From Octopus vulgaris (lineage: Eukaryota), in NCBI GenBank assembly GCA_951406725.2, contig OX597838.1:2914001-2978000 (forward strand): 64,000 bases of DNA. Reading direction: 5' to 3'. Below are positions 27,273 to 40,735 of this stretch, one piece after another; the first letter of the stretch is position 1, and the number at the start of each line of letters is the position of its first letter. The translations under genes were made by a program, and so were the position numbers. The notes below the pieces were generated by a model that did not search any database, was not told the DNA's origin, and worked only from the letters and a program-made list of their open reading frames with translations.

Positions 27273-27410
27273 TATTCTTGTTTCAGTCATTAGACTGTGG
27301 CCATGCTGGAGCACCGGCTGGAAAAATTTTCGACTCTAGTACTTGTAATTTTTTTAGAGCCTGCTAGTTATTCTATCGGTCTCTTGCCAAACTGCTAAGT
27401 TAAGTATGTA

Positions 27411-27498
<88 letters not shown>

Positions 27499-27691
27499 AA
27501 TATATATATATGTGTGTGTGGGTGTTTGTGTGTGTGTGTGTATGTGTGTGTATAGGTAGTTTTCAGACATCAGCGTCGGCTTTGGTCAGCCTGAGACCTT
27601 AATAGAAGACACTTGCCCAAGGTACCACGCCGTGGGATCGAACCTGAACCATTTGATTGGAAAGCAAGCTTCTTACGGCACAGCCACGCCT
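27273..27691 (-). mobile_element. SINE family A, old copy with expanded internal (TA)n
   Basis: Tail at 27273-27402, head at about 27583-27691. Confidence 0.8.
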
Positions 27692-28094
27692 GTTCAAGAA
27701 AATTGAGTTGATATTTCCAAAATCGATGATTTCCAGAAGAGGGTCTGCAAGCTTTTCGTTTTTTTACATCTGTGGCCTGAATATAGCATATTAATGCGTG
27801 GACAGTGGGCAGTGGACCAGATAAACTTCCCATTATATTTTATATATGGTAATTAACTATAGTAATTAAATATGGTCATTAAACATTTGATGACATATAG
27901 ATATGATTTTCATAAAAGTACTAAATGGTGCATGCAAGAAAACCATTTTTTCTCTCTCAACGAACGATGCCAATTAGTAATAAAAGAACTCGACTTAGTC
28001 ACAATTAATTTCAATCGAGTTATCTGTCGATTCTATTGAAAACACACAAAGAATCTTTAAAACGCTAGGATCATGTGACGTTCAGTTGCGCATG

Positions 28095-28490
<396 letters not shown>

Positions 28491-28492
28491 GA

Positions 28493-28542
<50 letters not shown>

Positions 28543-28583
28543 CTTGATAGTAGGAGATGGATTTCGTATTAGACTTTTATTAA

Positions 28584-28628
28584 GTACAACATATGTTTCG
28601 ACCCATCTGTCTGGGTCTCTTCAGGTAC
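28584..28628 (-). ncRNA. Minimal type I hammerhead ribozyme, canonical core
   Basis: GTAC-CTGAAGA-GACCCA(GACAGA)TGGGTC-GAAA-CATATG-TT-GTAC; palindromic stem III, GUU triplet, AATAAA just downstream. Confidence 0.85.
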
Positions 28629-28729
28629 ACTGATAAAGAAGTCCCACCAGAGATTTTTTGTCGGTATTCTACTCAATATTTAATCACACTAATCTAATTA
28701 TATGTATCTGTCTAAATTTTGTATTATTA

Positions 28730-28816
<87 letters not shown>

Positions 28817-29086
28817 AACAGACAGACAGACAGATAGCTATCTCATTGTCTATCAATTTATCTCACTCACTACTCATCTCTCCATTTATCGATCTCTTGT
28901 CCCTTGCATTGTTTCACGTTAGTTGTCTTTTCATTTTTATTTATCAGACAATTTCTTACATCGGACCAGATCTGTTTTTAAAACATTAAAGTGTGATTGG
29001 AGGAAAATTTGGCTGTTATCTCTAGCAAGTTAAAAACTACGTGAGAATTTCTTTCCTAGTGTAGACATGTCTTAGAGAACCCTTAA

Positions 29087-29310
29087 CCCCACTTCGTTAC
29101 CATTTTTCTGATGAAATATACCTCGTTTCAATTAATTTTCAAGATAATGAAGGATTTAATAAAATAATTTTGTCATTATTAATTTGGCGTTTGGAACATA
29201 AATTAGCAAGAAATTTCCATCGAAGATTTTAATTTAGATCACGTTGCAACAGGAAGTTTGAATCATAAAACCAGGGGCGGTCTCAGAAGGGGAGTTTGGT
29301 ATCAAAAGGG
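29087..29310. mobile_element. MITE-like element with piggyBac-like ends
   Basis: ttaa|ccccacttcgttacca ... tggtatcaaaaggg|ttttaa; imperfect TIRs. Confidence 0.4.
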
Positions 29311-29377
29311 TTTTAACAGGTTTCTTTCTGGGGGGAAAAAACATTTGTTGTTGTGTCGTAATAATTATTCTTATTAA

Positions 29378-29440
<63 letters not shown>

Positions 29441-29792
29441 GATGGTGGTGATGGTGGTTCAGCTTCAGATCAACCATGTTCGAGAATACCTGCGAGTAAA
29501 CGAATTCCATCGATGACCATCCCTCCTCTAGTGAGGAGAATATCTGTGAATATATTATTTAGCGTGACATCCCTTCTTTCCTAAATCGACGAAAAACGAA
29601 TTGAGGGAAAATTTTGTCACTATTTCTAATAGATCATGTCACCACCTGCAGGTTCTTTCGTTGGCCCCAGCAGTATGATGAAAGCAAACAACCCGGAACT
29701 TCGAACTCACTATCAACATTTTCCCCATAAAAGTAAATATGGAATTTGACAGGGAAGCTTTGTCTTTACTGTTTTTTAAAACTTACTTCCAT

Positions 29793-30087
29793 AGGCGTGG
29801 CTGCGTGGTAAGAAGCTTGCTTCCCAAACACATGATTCCAGGTTCAGTCCCACTATGTGGCACCTTGGGCAGATGTCTTCTACTGTAGCCTCGAACCCAC
29901 AATAGCCTTGTGAGTGGATCTCGTAGACGGAAACTAATAGAGTGTTGTTGTGTGTGTGTGTGAGTATGCGTGTGTGCACGCGTGTACGCGTATGTGTATG
30001 TCTGTGTATGCATTTGTGTTTGAATTTGTCCCCCACCACTGCTTGACAACCGGTGTTGGTGTGTTTACGTTCTTGTAACTTAGCGGT
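29793..30087 (+). mobile_element. SINE family A truncated at the mariner left end
   Basis: Head to ...gtaacttagcggt, then mariner TIR; 3' part absent. Confidence 0.9.
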
Positions 30088-31342
30088 CATCCCACAAATA
30101 ATGTCCGGACTTCTATATTTTCAATTTGTAAACGATTTAACAGTATTTTAGAATGTCTAATGGCATCAGGTATTTGAACATACTTAAACCAATAAAATTC
30201 ATTTTTCAGGATAATCTAATTCAAATTTCACGAATTATGGCTCTTCGCACCATGGAAGTGTCTAAGGAGCATTTGAGGAACATAATGTTTCATGAGTTTT
30301 AAAAAGGGAACTCTGCAGCTGAAGCGACTCGAAATATTCACTCAGATTCTGGAGAAGATTGCATGAATGAAAGACCTTGCAGAAGATGGTTTGTAAAATT
30401 CAGAAGTGGAGATTTCAGTCTTGAAGATGTTGCCCGAACAGGACATCCAATTGAGTTTGATGACAAACTCCTTTTAGAAGAACTTGAGAAATATCATACA
30501 GTTTCTGTTGAAGAATGGTAAGCAAGCTTCGTTCAAGACATACAATGGTTCACCGCTATCTTCAACAGCTGCAAAGGTTCCAAAACTCGGAAAATGGATG
30601 CTTCATGATTTGTCTGAAGCCAATTTCAAATCCCGAATGGACTCATCTCACCCTTTTTGGACAGACTGGTGACCAGTGATGAAAAATGGGTCTTTTATCA
30701 AAATGTTAAGCGTCATAGACATTGGCTTGGTGAAGGGGAAAAGGCCCAACCACAACGGAAAAGGGAATTCTATGCGAAGAAGCTTCTTCTCTCTCTGGTG
30801 GGATTGCAAAGGAGTCAGCCATTTTGAGTTGCTACCAAATAATGCAACAATCGGTGTTCGAATCTACTGTCAGCAATTAGAACGTTTGAACGCTGCTTTG
30901 AAGGAAGAAAAAGGGGCCTGCTTTAGTGAATCGAAAGAGAGTGGTGTTTCATCAGGACAATGCAAGACCCTAAACTGCAAAGATCACGTCACAGAAGATC
31001 GAAGAACTTGGCTGGCAGAAAATTGCTCATGTGCCTTATTCCCCAAACCTTGCTCCTTCAGATTACCATTTGTTCCGTACTTTACAGAATCATTTTGCTG
31101 GATTAACTCTCGATGGATTAACTCTCGTAACAACTGAGGAAGTCGAAACTGACCTTTCAGAGTTCTTCTCTTCGAAACCGAAAGAATTTTTCGCTAATGA
31201 GATTAAAAAGCTTACAAATAGATGGAAAGATGTCGTAGATAATCAGGGAAACAATATTGACGATTAAGTTTCATTAAAAGGCAAGATTTTATCACTTGTT
31301 TTCCTTATTTAAAATCCAAATATTACTTATGAGATGACCTGA
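30085..31342 (+). mobile_element. Mariner (Tc1/mariner, D34D) DNA transposon, near full length, inactive
   Basis: TIRs ggtcatcccacaaataatgtccggact and aatccaaatattacttatgagatgacctga, TA at the right end, about 1.26 kb. Confidence 0.95.
30252..31267 (+). pseudogene. Mariner transposase pseudogene
   Basis: MEVSKEHLRNIMFHEF*KG...RWFVKFRSGDFSLED, WMLHDL (WVPHEL motif), VTSDEKW, HQDNARP*...YSPNLAPSDYHLF with 34 residues between the 2nd and 3rd Asp; stops and frameshifts. Confidence 0.95.
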
Positions 31343-31381
31343 TACATATATATATACATATATGTATGTGTGTGTGTGCGC

Positions 31382-31419
<38 letters not shown>

Positions 31420-32350
31420 ATATGTATGTGTAGAAAGGTTTAGATATATGTTTTTACAATGTATGGTTGTATGCTGTTGTGTGGATGGAGAAATGTGCAG
31501 GTACGTGTGTGTATGAGTGGATTTGTACATCTGTGTGTGTGTGTATGCGTGTGATAAAGTAACTAATACAGGTAGAGGTGAGAATAAAATGCAAGAGAGA
31601 AAAACGAGAGAGAGAGAGGGAGAGCGAGAAGGAGAGAGAAAGAAAGAGACAGAGAGAAAGAGAGATGGAAAGAAAAAGAGAGTGAGAAAACAGGAATGGG
31701 GGAGTTTTAAAAAAGAGGGGAGAGAAGGAGAGAGGGCAAAGTGAAAAAGGGGGGAAGAAAATTGATAGGGAACGAGAGAAGAGAGGAGAAATAAGGATGG
31801 CTGCAACGAGTAGTGGAGGGAGGAGGGAGAGACGAGAGGGAAAGGAAATAATTGTAAATAATAACTGACGGAACAGAGAGAATAAAGGAGGAGGAGGAGG
31901 AGAGTAAAGACGGAGGAAGAGGAGAGTGAAGAAAGAGGAGGAGGAGGAGGAGAGTGAAGAAAGAGGGGGAGGAGAGTGAAGAAGGGAGAGAAGAGTGAAG
32001 AAGGAGGAGGAGAGTGGTGGAAGGTGGAGGAGGAGGAAAAAGGCGGTGTGGTTTGGGAAGGATGGACGGAGAGTCTGAAATAAAGAGGATTAGAGAGAGA
32101 GAGAGAAGGGGGATGTGGTGCGTGTGCGTGTGTGCTTTTAAAAGAGTGAGAGAGCAGCTAAGGAGGAATGGAAAGAGGAATGGGAGAGAAAGAGGAAGGA
32201 AGGATGAGAAAGTAGAGATGAATTGTAGTTCGGTCGTTGACTCTATATTAGGGGATAGAAATGGTGAATTGGGAGTTCAAATCCAACGTCTTTATTTTAC
32301 TTTAGCTTTCGAGACGAGAGAATCCTAGGCCATCAGACGTATATATATAT

Positions 32351-32470
32351 ACGACGGGCTTCTTTCAGTTTCCGTCTACCAAATCCACACACAAGACTGG
32401 TCTGCCTGAGAAGACACGCCCAAGCTGCCGTGCAGTGGGACTGAATCCGGAACCATGGGGTCGAGAAGCC
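32351..32470 (-). mobile_element. SINE family A 5' fragment
   Basis: gacgggcttctttcagtttccgtctaccaaatccac...gcagtgggactgaatccggaaccatg. Confidence 0.85.
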
Positions 32471-32708
32471 AGAAGACAGCGTTTTGCTCCGTCTGCCATT
32501 TTTGTAGAGTCAATATTTCCACCCGAAAATAAAAATAAAAAGATGCAAGAACTACCCAGACATCTTTTGCTCCATTTGTGCGAGTCCACTCAGAATGAGT
32601 GAAGAGAATTTATTCCTAAATTTAAGAGGTTATACCTTTTCTTGAAGGAGATCTCGAAGACTGGGATAAATCATGGATTTTCAAATTTGTATACAAAATT
32701 TACACATA

Positions 32709-32878
32709 GGCGCAGGAGTGGCTGTGTGGTAAGTAGCTTGCTTATGAACTACATGGTTCCGGGTTCAGTCCCACTGCATGGCATCTTGGGCAAATGTCTT
32801 CTACTATAGCCTCGGGCCGACCAAAGCCTTGTGAGTGGATTTGGTAGACGGAAAATGAAAGGAGCCTGTCGTATGTAT

Positions 32879-32912
<34 letters not shown>

Positions 32913-33130
32913 TTGTGTTTGTGTGTCTGTGTTTGTCCCCCTAGCATTGCTTGACAACCGATGCTGGTGTGTTTACGTCCCCGTCACTTAGCGGTTCGGC
33001 AAAAAGAGACCGATAGAATAAGTACTGGGCTTACAAAGAATAAGTCCCGGGGTCGATTTGCTCGACTAAAGGCGGTGCTCCAGCATGGCCGCAGTCAAAT
33101 GACTGAAACAAGTAAAAGTAAAGTAAGTAA
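32709..33130 (+). mobile_element. SINE family A, full-length young copy
   Basis: ggcgcaggagtggctgtgtggtaagtagcttgc...gactgaaacaagtaaaagtaaagtaagtaa. Confidence 0.96.
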
Positions 33131-33181
33131 GAGTTTTACGGTTATGGAGTAATATAAGAGGAGGCGGGGGTGTCTTGAAGT

Positions 33182-33306
33182 TTGGCGCAGCAATGGTTTG
33201 GAGATGAACCCCAAAGCCGTTCTGACGTTTGTTATTTGTATCTTGGCGCAGCAATGGTTTGGAGCTGAACCCCAAAGCCGTTCTGACGTTTCTTATTTGT
33301 ATCTTG
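33182..33306. repeat. 61-bp tandem duplication
   Basis: ttggcgcagcaatggtttggag(a/c)tgaaccccaaagccgttctgacgttt(g/c)ttatttgtatc x2. Confidence 0.95.
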
Positions 33307-33823
33307 TGAACATCAAACACATAAATCGATACATTTGAAGTTAGTGAACACATCCTGGTCAAGAACCAGCAAGAAGGCACTTAAAGTAAGGACTTCTTAT
33401 TGACAACATATTTTTTACAGTAAGAAAAGAAAGGGAAAAAATATTAAAAGTATAACAGATCAAATTATCGAGAAAAAGAACCCTAACTGCCTTCCCAAGG
33501 AAATTTTAAAAACAAAAGGAAAAAAAAATGATTAAGCCGCAGAAGGTGGGGAAGGGTAAGTAACGGGCTGGACACCCCTAGAAGAAATGGCGTTTTCAGC
33601 CGCGATTCGCAAATAAGATTGCAAATGAGTTGCCGCAGAGAATGGCACCAGTGACACTCGTTGCCACAAACCACCACCCCACCTCACGGCTATCAGCTTC
33701 TGTATATATTATGTATGTGTCTATGTATGTATGTATGTATGTATGTATGTATGTATGTATGTATGTATGTATGTATGTATGTATGTATGCGTGTTTGTAT
33801 GTGTGCAGATATGTATGTGTATG

Positions 33824-33855
<32 letters not shown>

Positions 33856-34759
33856 CATACATGCATACATATAATCACATGTATGTATGTATGTATGTAT
33901 GTATGTATGTATGTATGTATGTATATAAGTACGTATGTATATACGTTCGTACGTATGTATGTATGTATGTATGTATGTATGTATGTATGTATGTATGTAT
34001 GTATGTACGTACGTACGTAAGTATGTATGTATGTATGTATGTATGTATGTATGTATGTATGTATGTATGTATGTATATATGTATGTATGTATAAGAATGG
34101 ATTGATAACCTTAATGGCCGTACGTTCGTTATGTAACAAAGAGTGATTGAAACATATTTTAATGGCGTATAAAACGAGATGAAAAGAGGAATCCATTATA
34201 GACTCAGGGCAAATCCCTTTCCCAACGGCCTTTTTTGTTTTTTCGTTCTTTAATATCGTGTGCGTTAAACCTACTCTGGCAGACGATAACTTTAAACCTC
34301 AGTGAATTATTACCATAAGTTAATAAAGGCTTGTTCTGGTTTTTATCTCCGTGTGACTTGTTCTGGTGTAGGAAACAATCCAGGAAGAAGAAAAAAAACG
34401 GTAAAGAAGAGAAGTGAGACTGTATCAACAGCAAGTCTTTGAAATCTGTGAAACTTGGAGAAGGAACAACATAATCGATTGTACGTATTCTGATTGGCCG
34501 TTGAGGCGGAGAAGAAATGACAGAAGTTGTAAGACAAGTAAGTTAATTACAGGAAAGAATTGTCTGGGTCGGTTTTTGTCTTTTATCCAGACCGGGTAAA
34601 ACAGAAGCCAGTTTCAATATTTGGCCTTCTGGCATCGTAAGAAACCGTTCTTCAGTGAGATAGTTGTGAGATGTTCTTAAATATAGGAACTGCTCTTTAG
34701 ATCTTCGGTTTGTTAGATTTTGGAACCTGGTCTGCGTACGCATACACACAGACACAAAT

Positions 34760-34817
<58 letters not shown>

Positions 34818-34940
34818 TCATACACACGTATGCCAATACACTTACATTCATATATATATGTATATATAGAATATAAATATATGTGGAGACACATCAATAC
34901 ATTCATAGATATATATTGATGTATACATATAAACACCCAC

Positions 34941-35004
<64 letters not shown>

Positions 35005-35340
35005 GCATATTTATATATTTATAATTATACACATACCTATACATACACACGTAAATTAATCACCAATATACTTACATTCATATATATATATATATATAAT
35101 ATAGATATATGTGGAAATATATCTATACATACGTAGATATATATACTTATGTATACACATAAACACCCACATGCATATGTACATATATATGTACGCATAT
35201 ATATTCATACATATACACACGCGCACACACACATGCGCATATATGAAAAAATATATACATACACGCATAAATACATATTTGTAGACACACATATCTACAT
35301 GCAAACACATACATACAAAACACACGCATACGAACGTAAT

Positions 35341-35372
<32 letters not shown>

Positions 35373-35602
35373 AACATTTATACATATATACACGTAAGAA
35401 TTCATACACAAGCATATACACACACAAACACATGCAAACACACGTACACGCGCACACACACAAACATACACGTACACACATACACATACACGCCCACACA
35501 CTCACTGGGCAAACAGCCATATCAGCAATTTTAACTAAGCAGATACCTCAACAGACGTGTAATTATATAAATATTAGTTATTTCATTCATACACATATAG
35601 AA

Positions 35603-35695
<93 letters not shown>

Positions 35696-36244
35696 TATTT
35701 ATATGTATATGTATACATGTGTGTAAATATATATGTTTGTATAGAGAGGAAGGGGGAAAGAAAGAGAGAGAAATGCGAGAAAGATAAACACAAGCTTGAA
35801 ACATATTTACATGGAGCACAAAATATAGTTTATAACATAAAGATAAAATATATAACGAAAAAACATTATGTAGTGTCTTATCTCAACAGCTGTTTCACGG
35901 GGCCCGGCTTACGTAATAAAGATATTCATTGGCGATATGTACATGATGTCATAGGCGTGCCACCAGCGACGAGTCCAAATGAAATTGTTAAGTGAATTCA
36001 GTCTCCCTTTCCAAGAGTAGAATGGAAAAGGCGAGTCGGCTGTTGTATTTATAAATACAATGGTTTAAAGAGAAGAGAGCCAGAGTGGATTATTAAGAGG
36101 CAAAAAGGAGCAAATATATATAAGTCACTGTTATTGCGTTTTACTCTCTATGTTTTTTATGTTGTTGTATGTGGTGTTGCGGTTTGCATTCTTTGTTTTT
36201 GTAATATGTTACACATGAATATTTTTATAGATGTATATCAGCTG

Positions 36245-36990
36245 TAAAATCTACACCCTATCGGCGAACAGAGAGATGTTACACAAGGCCACCATTATAA
36301 CTTGGCACTAAAGGTAGGTGAATTTACTGATAAGTTAGTGTACGTGGAGTATCTGCCACCTCATCCTCAAAACTGGTTAGACTTAGGAAGAGCAAAGTTA
36401 TCTGGTTTAATCCTCTTTTCAATCTACAAGATATCTCTAATGTAACTGGGAGATTCCAGACGCTAATCTATAATTATTTTCCAAAACCAAACATAGATAT
36501 TCCTTAATTCCCAAAACATCAAGTAATATCGCTTCCTACATTGCATACTACAACAGAAACAAACATGTTTCCGCACAGTCTGCGCGTGACCTTTAACTAC
36601 CAAAATCCTATCTCGTATCCACTCGTAGGATTCTACCTTTTGAGAGGTTGTGGCGTATAGAGCCACATTCACACCATCCGATGGCATCACTAGACACTAT
36701 AAAGGCTCAGGACAACCACTAATTTTTAAGAGAAGATAGATGCAAAATATGCACTCCTTCAGAGATGGGGACAGGGAAAAATTCCCTTCTCTCTCTTGCT
36801 TCATCAGGATACTGTAGGACTATAGAAACATCACATGAAGTATCTTCGACGGAGCCCTTCCTTACTCAACTGAAGCTTGTAATTGCCAATCCTGTCTCTG
36901 TGAGAAACAAGATACTTCCTCAAACACACAGCCTCCATCAATAAGAAAACTGATCTCTCCTAATGTTGCCAGAAGAGTGCCTGCTGACTG
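36245..36990 (+). mobile_element. Penelope-like element relic: RT C-terminus, linker and GIY-YIG endonuclease
   Basis: RKSKVIWFNPLFN (RKRNIIWFNPPF motif), VAYRATFTPSDGITRHYKG (GIY-YIG), FKRR*MQNMHSFR, PYSTEACNCQSCLCEK, INKKTDL; many stops. Confidence 0.85.
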
Positions 36991-37867
36991 CTGAAAACCC
37001 TGATATATCATCTTTGACCAATAGGATTCGTGCACAACGGCAATGTAGATAATTCCTGCTGCCCCTGTGGATTACTGGTGGTCACTGAAACTCCTATGTA
37101 ACTTGATATCATCAAATCGGTTATCTCTCCACGAGGTAAATTTTATGGCTGAAATATTACACCCAAGAGAATACCGAGGTAAAATAACGCCAGCATCTTG
37201 TCTGCTCAGTCACGTGGAGCATCCAATGTAGGAATTGATGTCGCTGAAATTACACACTGCAGGAAGGAATTTCAACCGTGTTTCGTGGTTTGCTACCACA
37301 ACAGCTCCTTTTTAGGATCCAGTTAGCTCAAGACATCATCACGATGAACCACGTCCGGTTTCGGACCCTACTCCTCTACCGTTTTGACGTGCCCCCCCCC
37401 CCATACTTTCGGAGGTGTCTTCAGCTCTGGTGTTGGGTGCATGTTTTCTTTCTTCTTCTTTCTTCTGTTCCCTGGCCTCTTCGATGTAGCATCAACGAGT
37501 GTCAGCGGGCGACTGACTGCTTTGTCAAATTCTTTCCCTTTAAATACTAACAAACTGTCACCAACATCTTACTCACTATACAAATGGTTAAGAGAACCAA
37601 TATCGCTAAGATGGGTTAAAGATAGGATGGGAACTGACCAACGGAAGCCCAAATAGTCTCATCTATAAACGATTCTCAACTTTTAATGTAAACTCTCTTC
37701 ACTCTGACTCCAAACAAATCTACATCCGCCATTTCTTTGGCCAGGAAACATGTCGTTTTGTAGAACTGAGTCAAACTGTTGTTCCATTCATTTGGAGCCA
37801 ATTAAAAGGGTTGAGACGTACTCAGTGCAGCTCGTTCATTCAGTCCGTGTATTATAGGTCTAGACAT

Positions 37868-37907
37868 CTGATGAGGCAGCTTCGGGTTACGAACCCGCGA
37901 AACTGTA
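37868..37907 (+). ncRNA. Hammerhead core motif at the 3' end of the Penelope-containing block
   Basis: CTGATGA-G...CGGGT(TACGA)ACCCG-C-GAAAC-T-GTA; stem I not convincingly formed. Confidence 0.45.
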
Positions 37908-37962
37908 AGCATTATGGAGAGGAGTCAGACTGTTCTGAAGATATATATATATAAAGGTGTAA

Positions 37963-38074
<112 letters not shown>

Positions 38075-38296
38075 ATTACGTATATATATATATATGTATG
38101 TATGTATATATGTATGTGTATACGTGTGTGTGTACAAGTCTATGTATGTATATATATATATATATATATATCACCGTGTCACCGAGACCGACCAGGCTAT
38201 CAGATGTTGCTACACATCGCTGGTCACAATGCGCTTCGCATTGTTTTAGCCTTCAAATGACGCCACCCCGCTGGCTAAGCGAGCAGGCCAATATAT

Positions 38297-38354
38297 GTTA
38301 GACATGGCCTGGGCCAATAATGGCCGAAACCTATCAAAGTATCAAAGTATCAAA

Positions 38355-38357
<3 letters not shown>
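38297..38357 (+). mobile_element. Extreme 3' tail of the CR1/L2-like LINE
   Basis: gttagacatggcctgggccaataatggccgaaac plus (tatcaaag)3; homologous to 3835-3882. Confidence 0.7.
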
Positions 38358-38388
<31 letters not shown>

Positions 38389-38443
38389 ACATGCATACAT
38401 ACATACATACATACATACATACATACATACATACATACATACA

Positions 38444-38476
<33 letters not shown>

Positions 38477-38484
38477 GCATATAG

Positions 38485-38985
38485 AATAGAGAAGTTGTGG
38501 AAATTTGCTGCCCTGCGGATGTTAACATAAAGCTGAAGATTAGTGAAAAGGAGAACATCTATGCTGAACTATTGAGGAATCTGAAGCTACTCTATCCAGA
38601 TTACAAGTTCAGATTTCTACCTGTAGTTATTGTGTCCCTGGGATATGCAACACGCTGCCGAAACACCAATCCTGGGAAATTAGGCTTCTCAAGACCAGAA
38701 AGGAGAAAGTTAGTTCGAAGACTACAGATCCAATCCATCGCTGGAACTGTAACAGTCTGTAAACTTTCCAAAAGTTTAACATTGAAAAGTATATGAGCGT
38801 GTCTAGATATGTTGCTATATGCATGAGAATACGTACATAAAAAGGCATACAAGTCTGCACATATACATACATACATAGAAAAATATTTGGTTGTTGATGT
38901 TGAAATTCCACTGAAGAAACCTTGGATCTAGGTTAGAAACCGGTTCTTTCTATATTGGCAAGAAATCTTGAAATAAACTGAATAG
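38485..38985 (+). mobile_element. R4/Dong-like LINE 3' fragment (restriction-like endonuclease end and 3' UTR)
   Basis: VEICCPADVNIKLKISEKENIYAELLRNLKLLYPDYKFRFLPVVIVSLG matches the RLE C-terminal pattern (E/D)xxCP..EK..Y..L..PxVIGALG. Confidence 0.8.
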
Positions 38986-39037
38986 CGCCATATAGACATA
39001 CATGCACACATGTGGGTCTGTGTGTATATGTGTATGT

Positions 39038-39073
<36 letters not shown>

Positions 39074-39628
39074 CTGTGTGCGTATGTGTGTTTGTGTGTG
39101 TGCTTTTGTGTGTGTGAGCCTGCGCATGTATGCATGCCTGTGTATAGCCTGACCAGACGATAAATTCCTCTCCCCATTCTGTCCCCAACAAGTCTCGGAA
39201 ATCCTGAAAACGGTCATAGATTCCACCATTTCTCACGCGCAGACAATGAAAAGCAAAACGTGCATATAACTTGTATATACAGATATGCTATATTTGCATA
39301 TGTCTACGAGACGTGTCCTGTCTTGCCTTCGAAACATTCTTAAGTCTACTAGTGACAGCTGATGAAGGGGATTTTTCCTTGTGCAGCATGTCCTGTACCT
39401 TGTTTTTCTGTTGTAAATAATGTTTTTCCCGTTTTCGTTCTCGTCCTGTTCCACGTCTCTGTCCTTCTGTTGTAACAAAATGGCTTTTCCGTTTTCGTTT
39501 CTGTTGAATTTTACGTCTTTTTGTGGTGTCCTGTACGTATATATATTTATATATGCATGTATATATACATGTAGATGTCGGTACGTACATATCTGTTTGT
39601 ATGTATGCATATATTTTATTTATTACAC

Positions 39629-39685
<57 letters not shown>

Positions 39686-40410
39686 CTATACATGTTTATG
39701 CGCTTGGGGAGTGTATGGATATATATGGGAAATGAGTATGTATATATATATACAAATATACTCACATATATCCATATATATTTACATATATTTGCATATA
39801 CGCATTTCCACACAGATAGATTTATATGTGTGTATATATATATTTATATATACATATATATAAGTATACACACACACAATACGATAGATACATGCTTATA
39901 TAGGCATGTGTGTATGGTTTTAGGTGGAAGTATGAATGAGAGTATATATGCGGGAGTTTGTGAGTGTGTGTGTGTGTGTGAGTGTGCATGTGTGTGCATA
40001 TGTGTGTAAAATGTTCGATACGTCAATAACCAATCAATAGATGTCCAGTGATTAACGTGCTAAATAAATTGATACAAAATAGTTACATAGATTTGCAATA
40101 TTGATTTTAAAAACGATAAACAACCAACGAAGCAAGTCAGTGCATGCGTGCGCGCGCAGTTGTGTGTGGTGTGTGTGGAGGGGCGTGGTTGTGTGTGTGT
40201 GTTTGTGTGTGTGCGTGTGTGTGTGTGATTGTGTTGTAAAATGAATGAGTCTGTGCGCCTGCGCTTTATTCCGACCTTTTGGCATAAGACTAGTTTCCTA
40301 TCAGAACTAATGAAACATTACACGAATTGATGTTTATTTATCCCACAATAACATGCGTGTAAATACAAATTCATATATATGTGTATTGTATATATATAGA
40401 AGAAGGAAGG

Positions 40411-40735
40411 AGCACTCCGTCGGTTGCGACGACGAGTGTCCCAGCTGATACAAGCAACGGAACAACTTGCTCGTGAAATTAACGTGCAAGTGGCCAAGCA
40501 CTCCACAGATATGTGTACCCTTAACGTAGTTCTCGGGGAGATTCATGGTGACACAGAGTGTGACAAGGCTGGCCCTTTGAAATACAGGTACAACTCAATT
40601 TTGCCAGCTGAGTAGGACTGGAGCAATGTGAAATAAAGTGTCTTGCTCAAGCACACAACGCGCCGCTGGGAATTGAACTCACGGCCTTACGATCGTGAAC
40701 TGAATGTCCCTAACCACTGAGCTACGCGCCTTCAC
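40411..40735 (-). mobile_element. SINE family C, variant with CORE-like middle
   Basis: tRNA-like head (tagctcagtggttaggg...gagttcaattccc), middle cttgagcaagacactttatttcacattgctccagtc, tail shared with 61605-61785. Confidence 0.88.
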
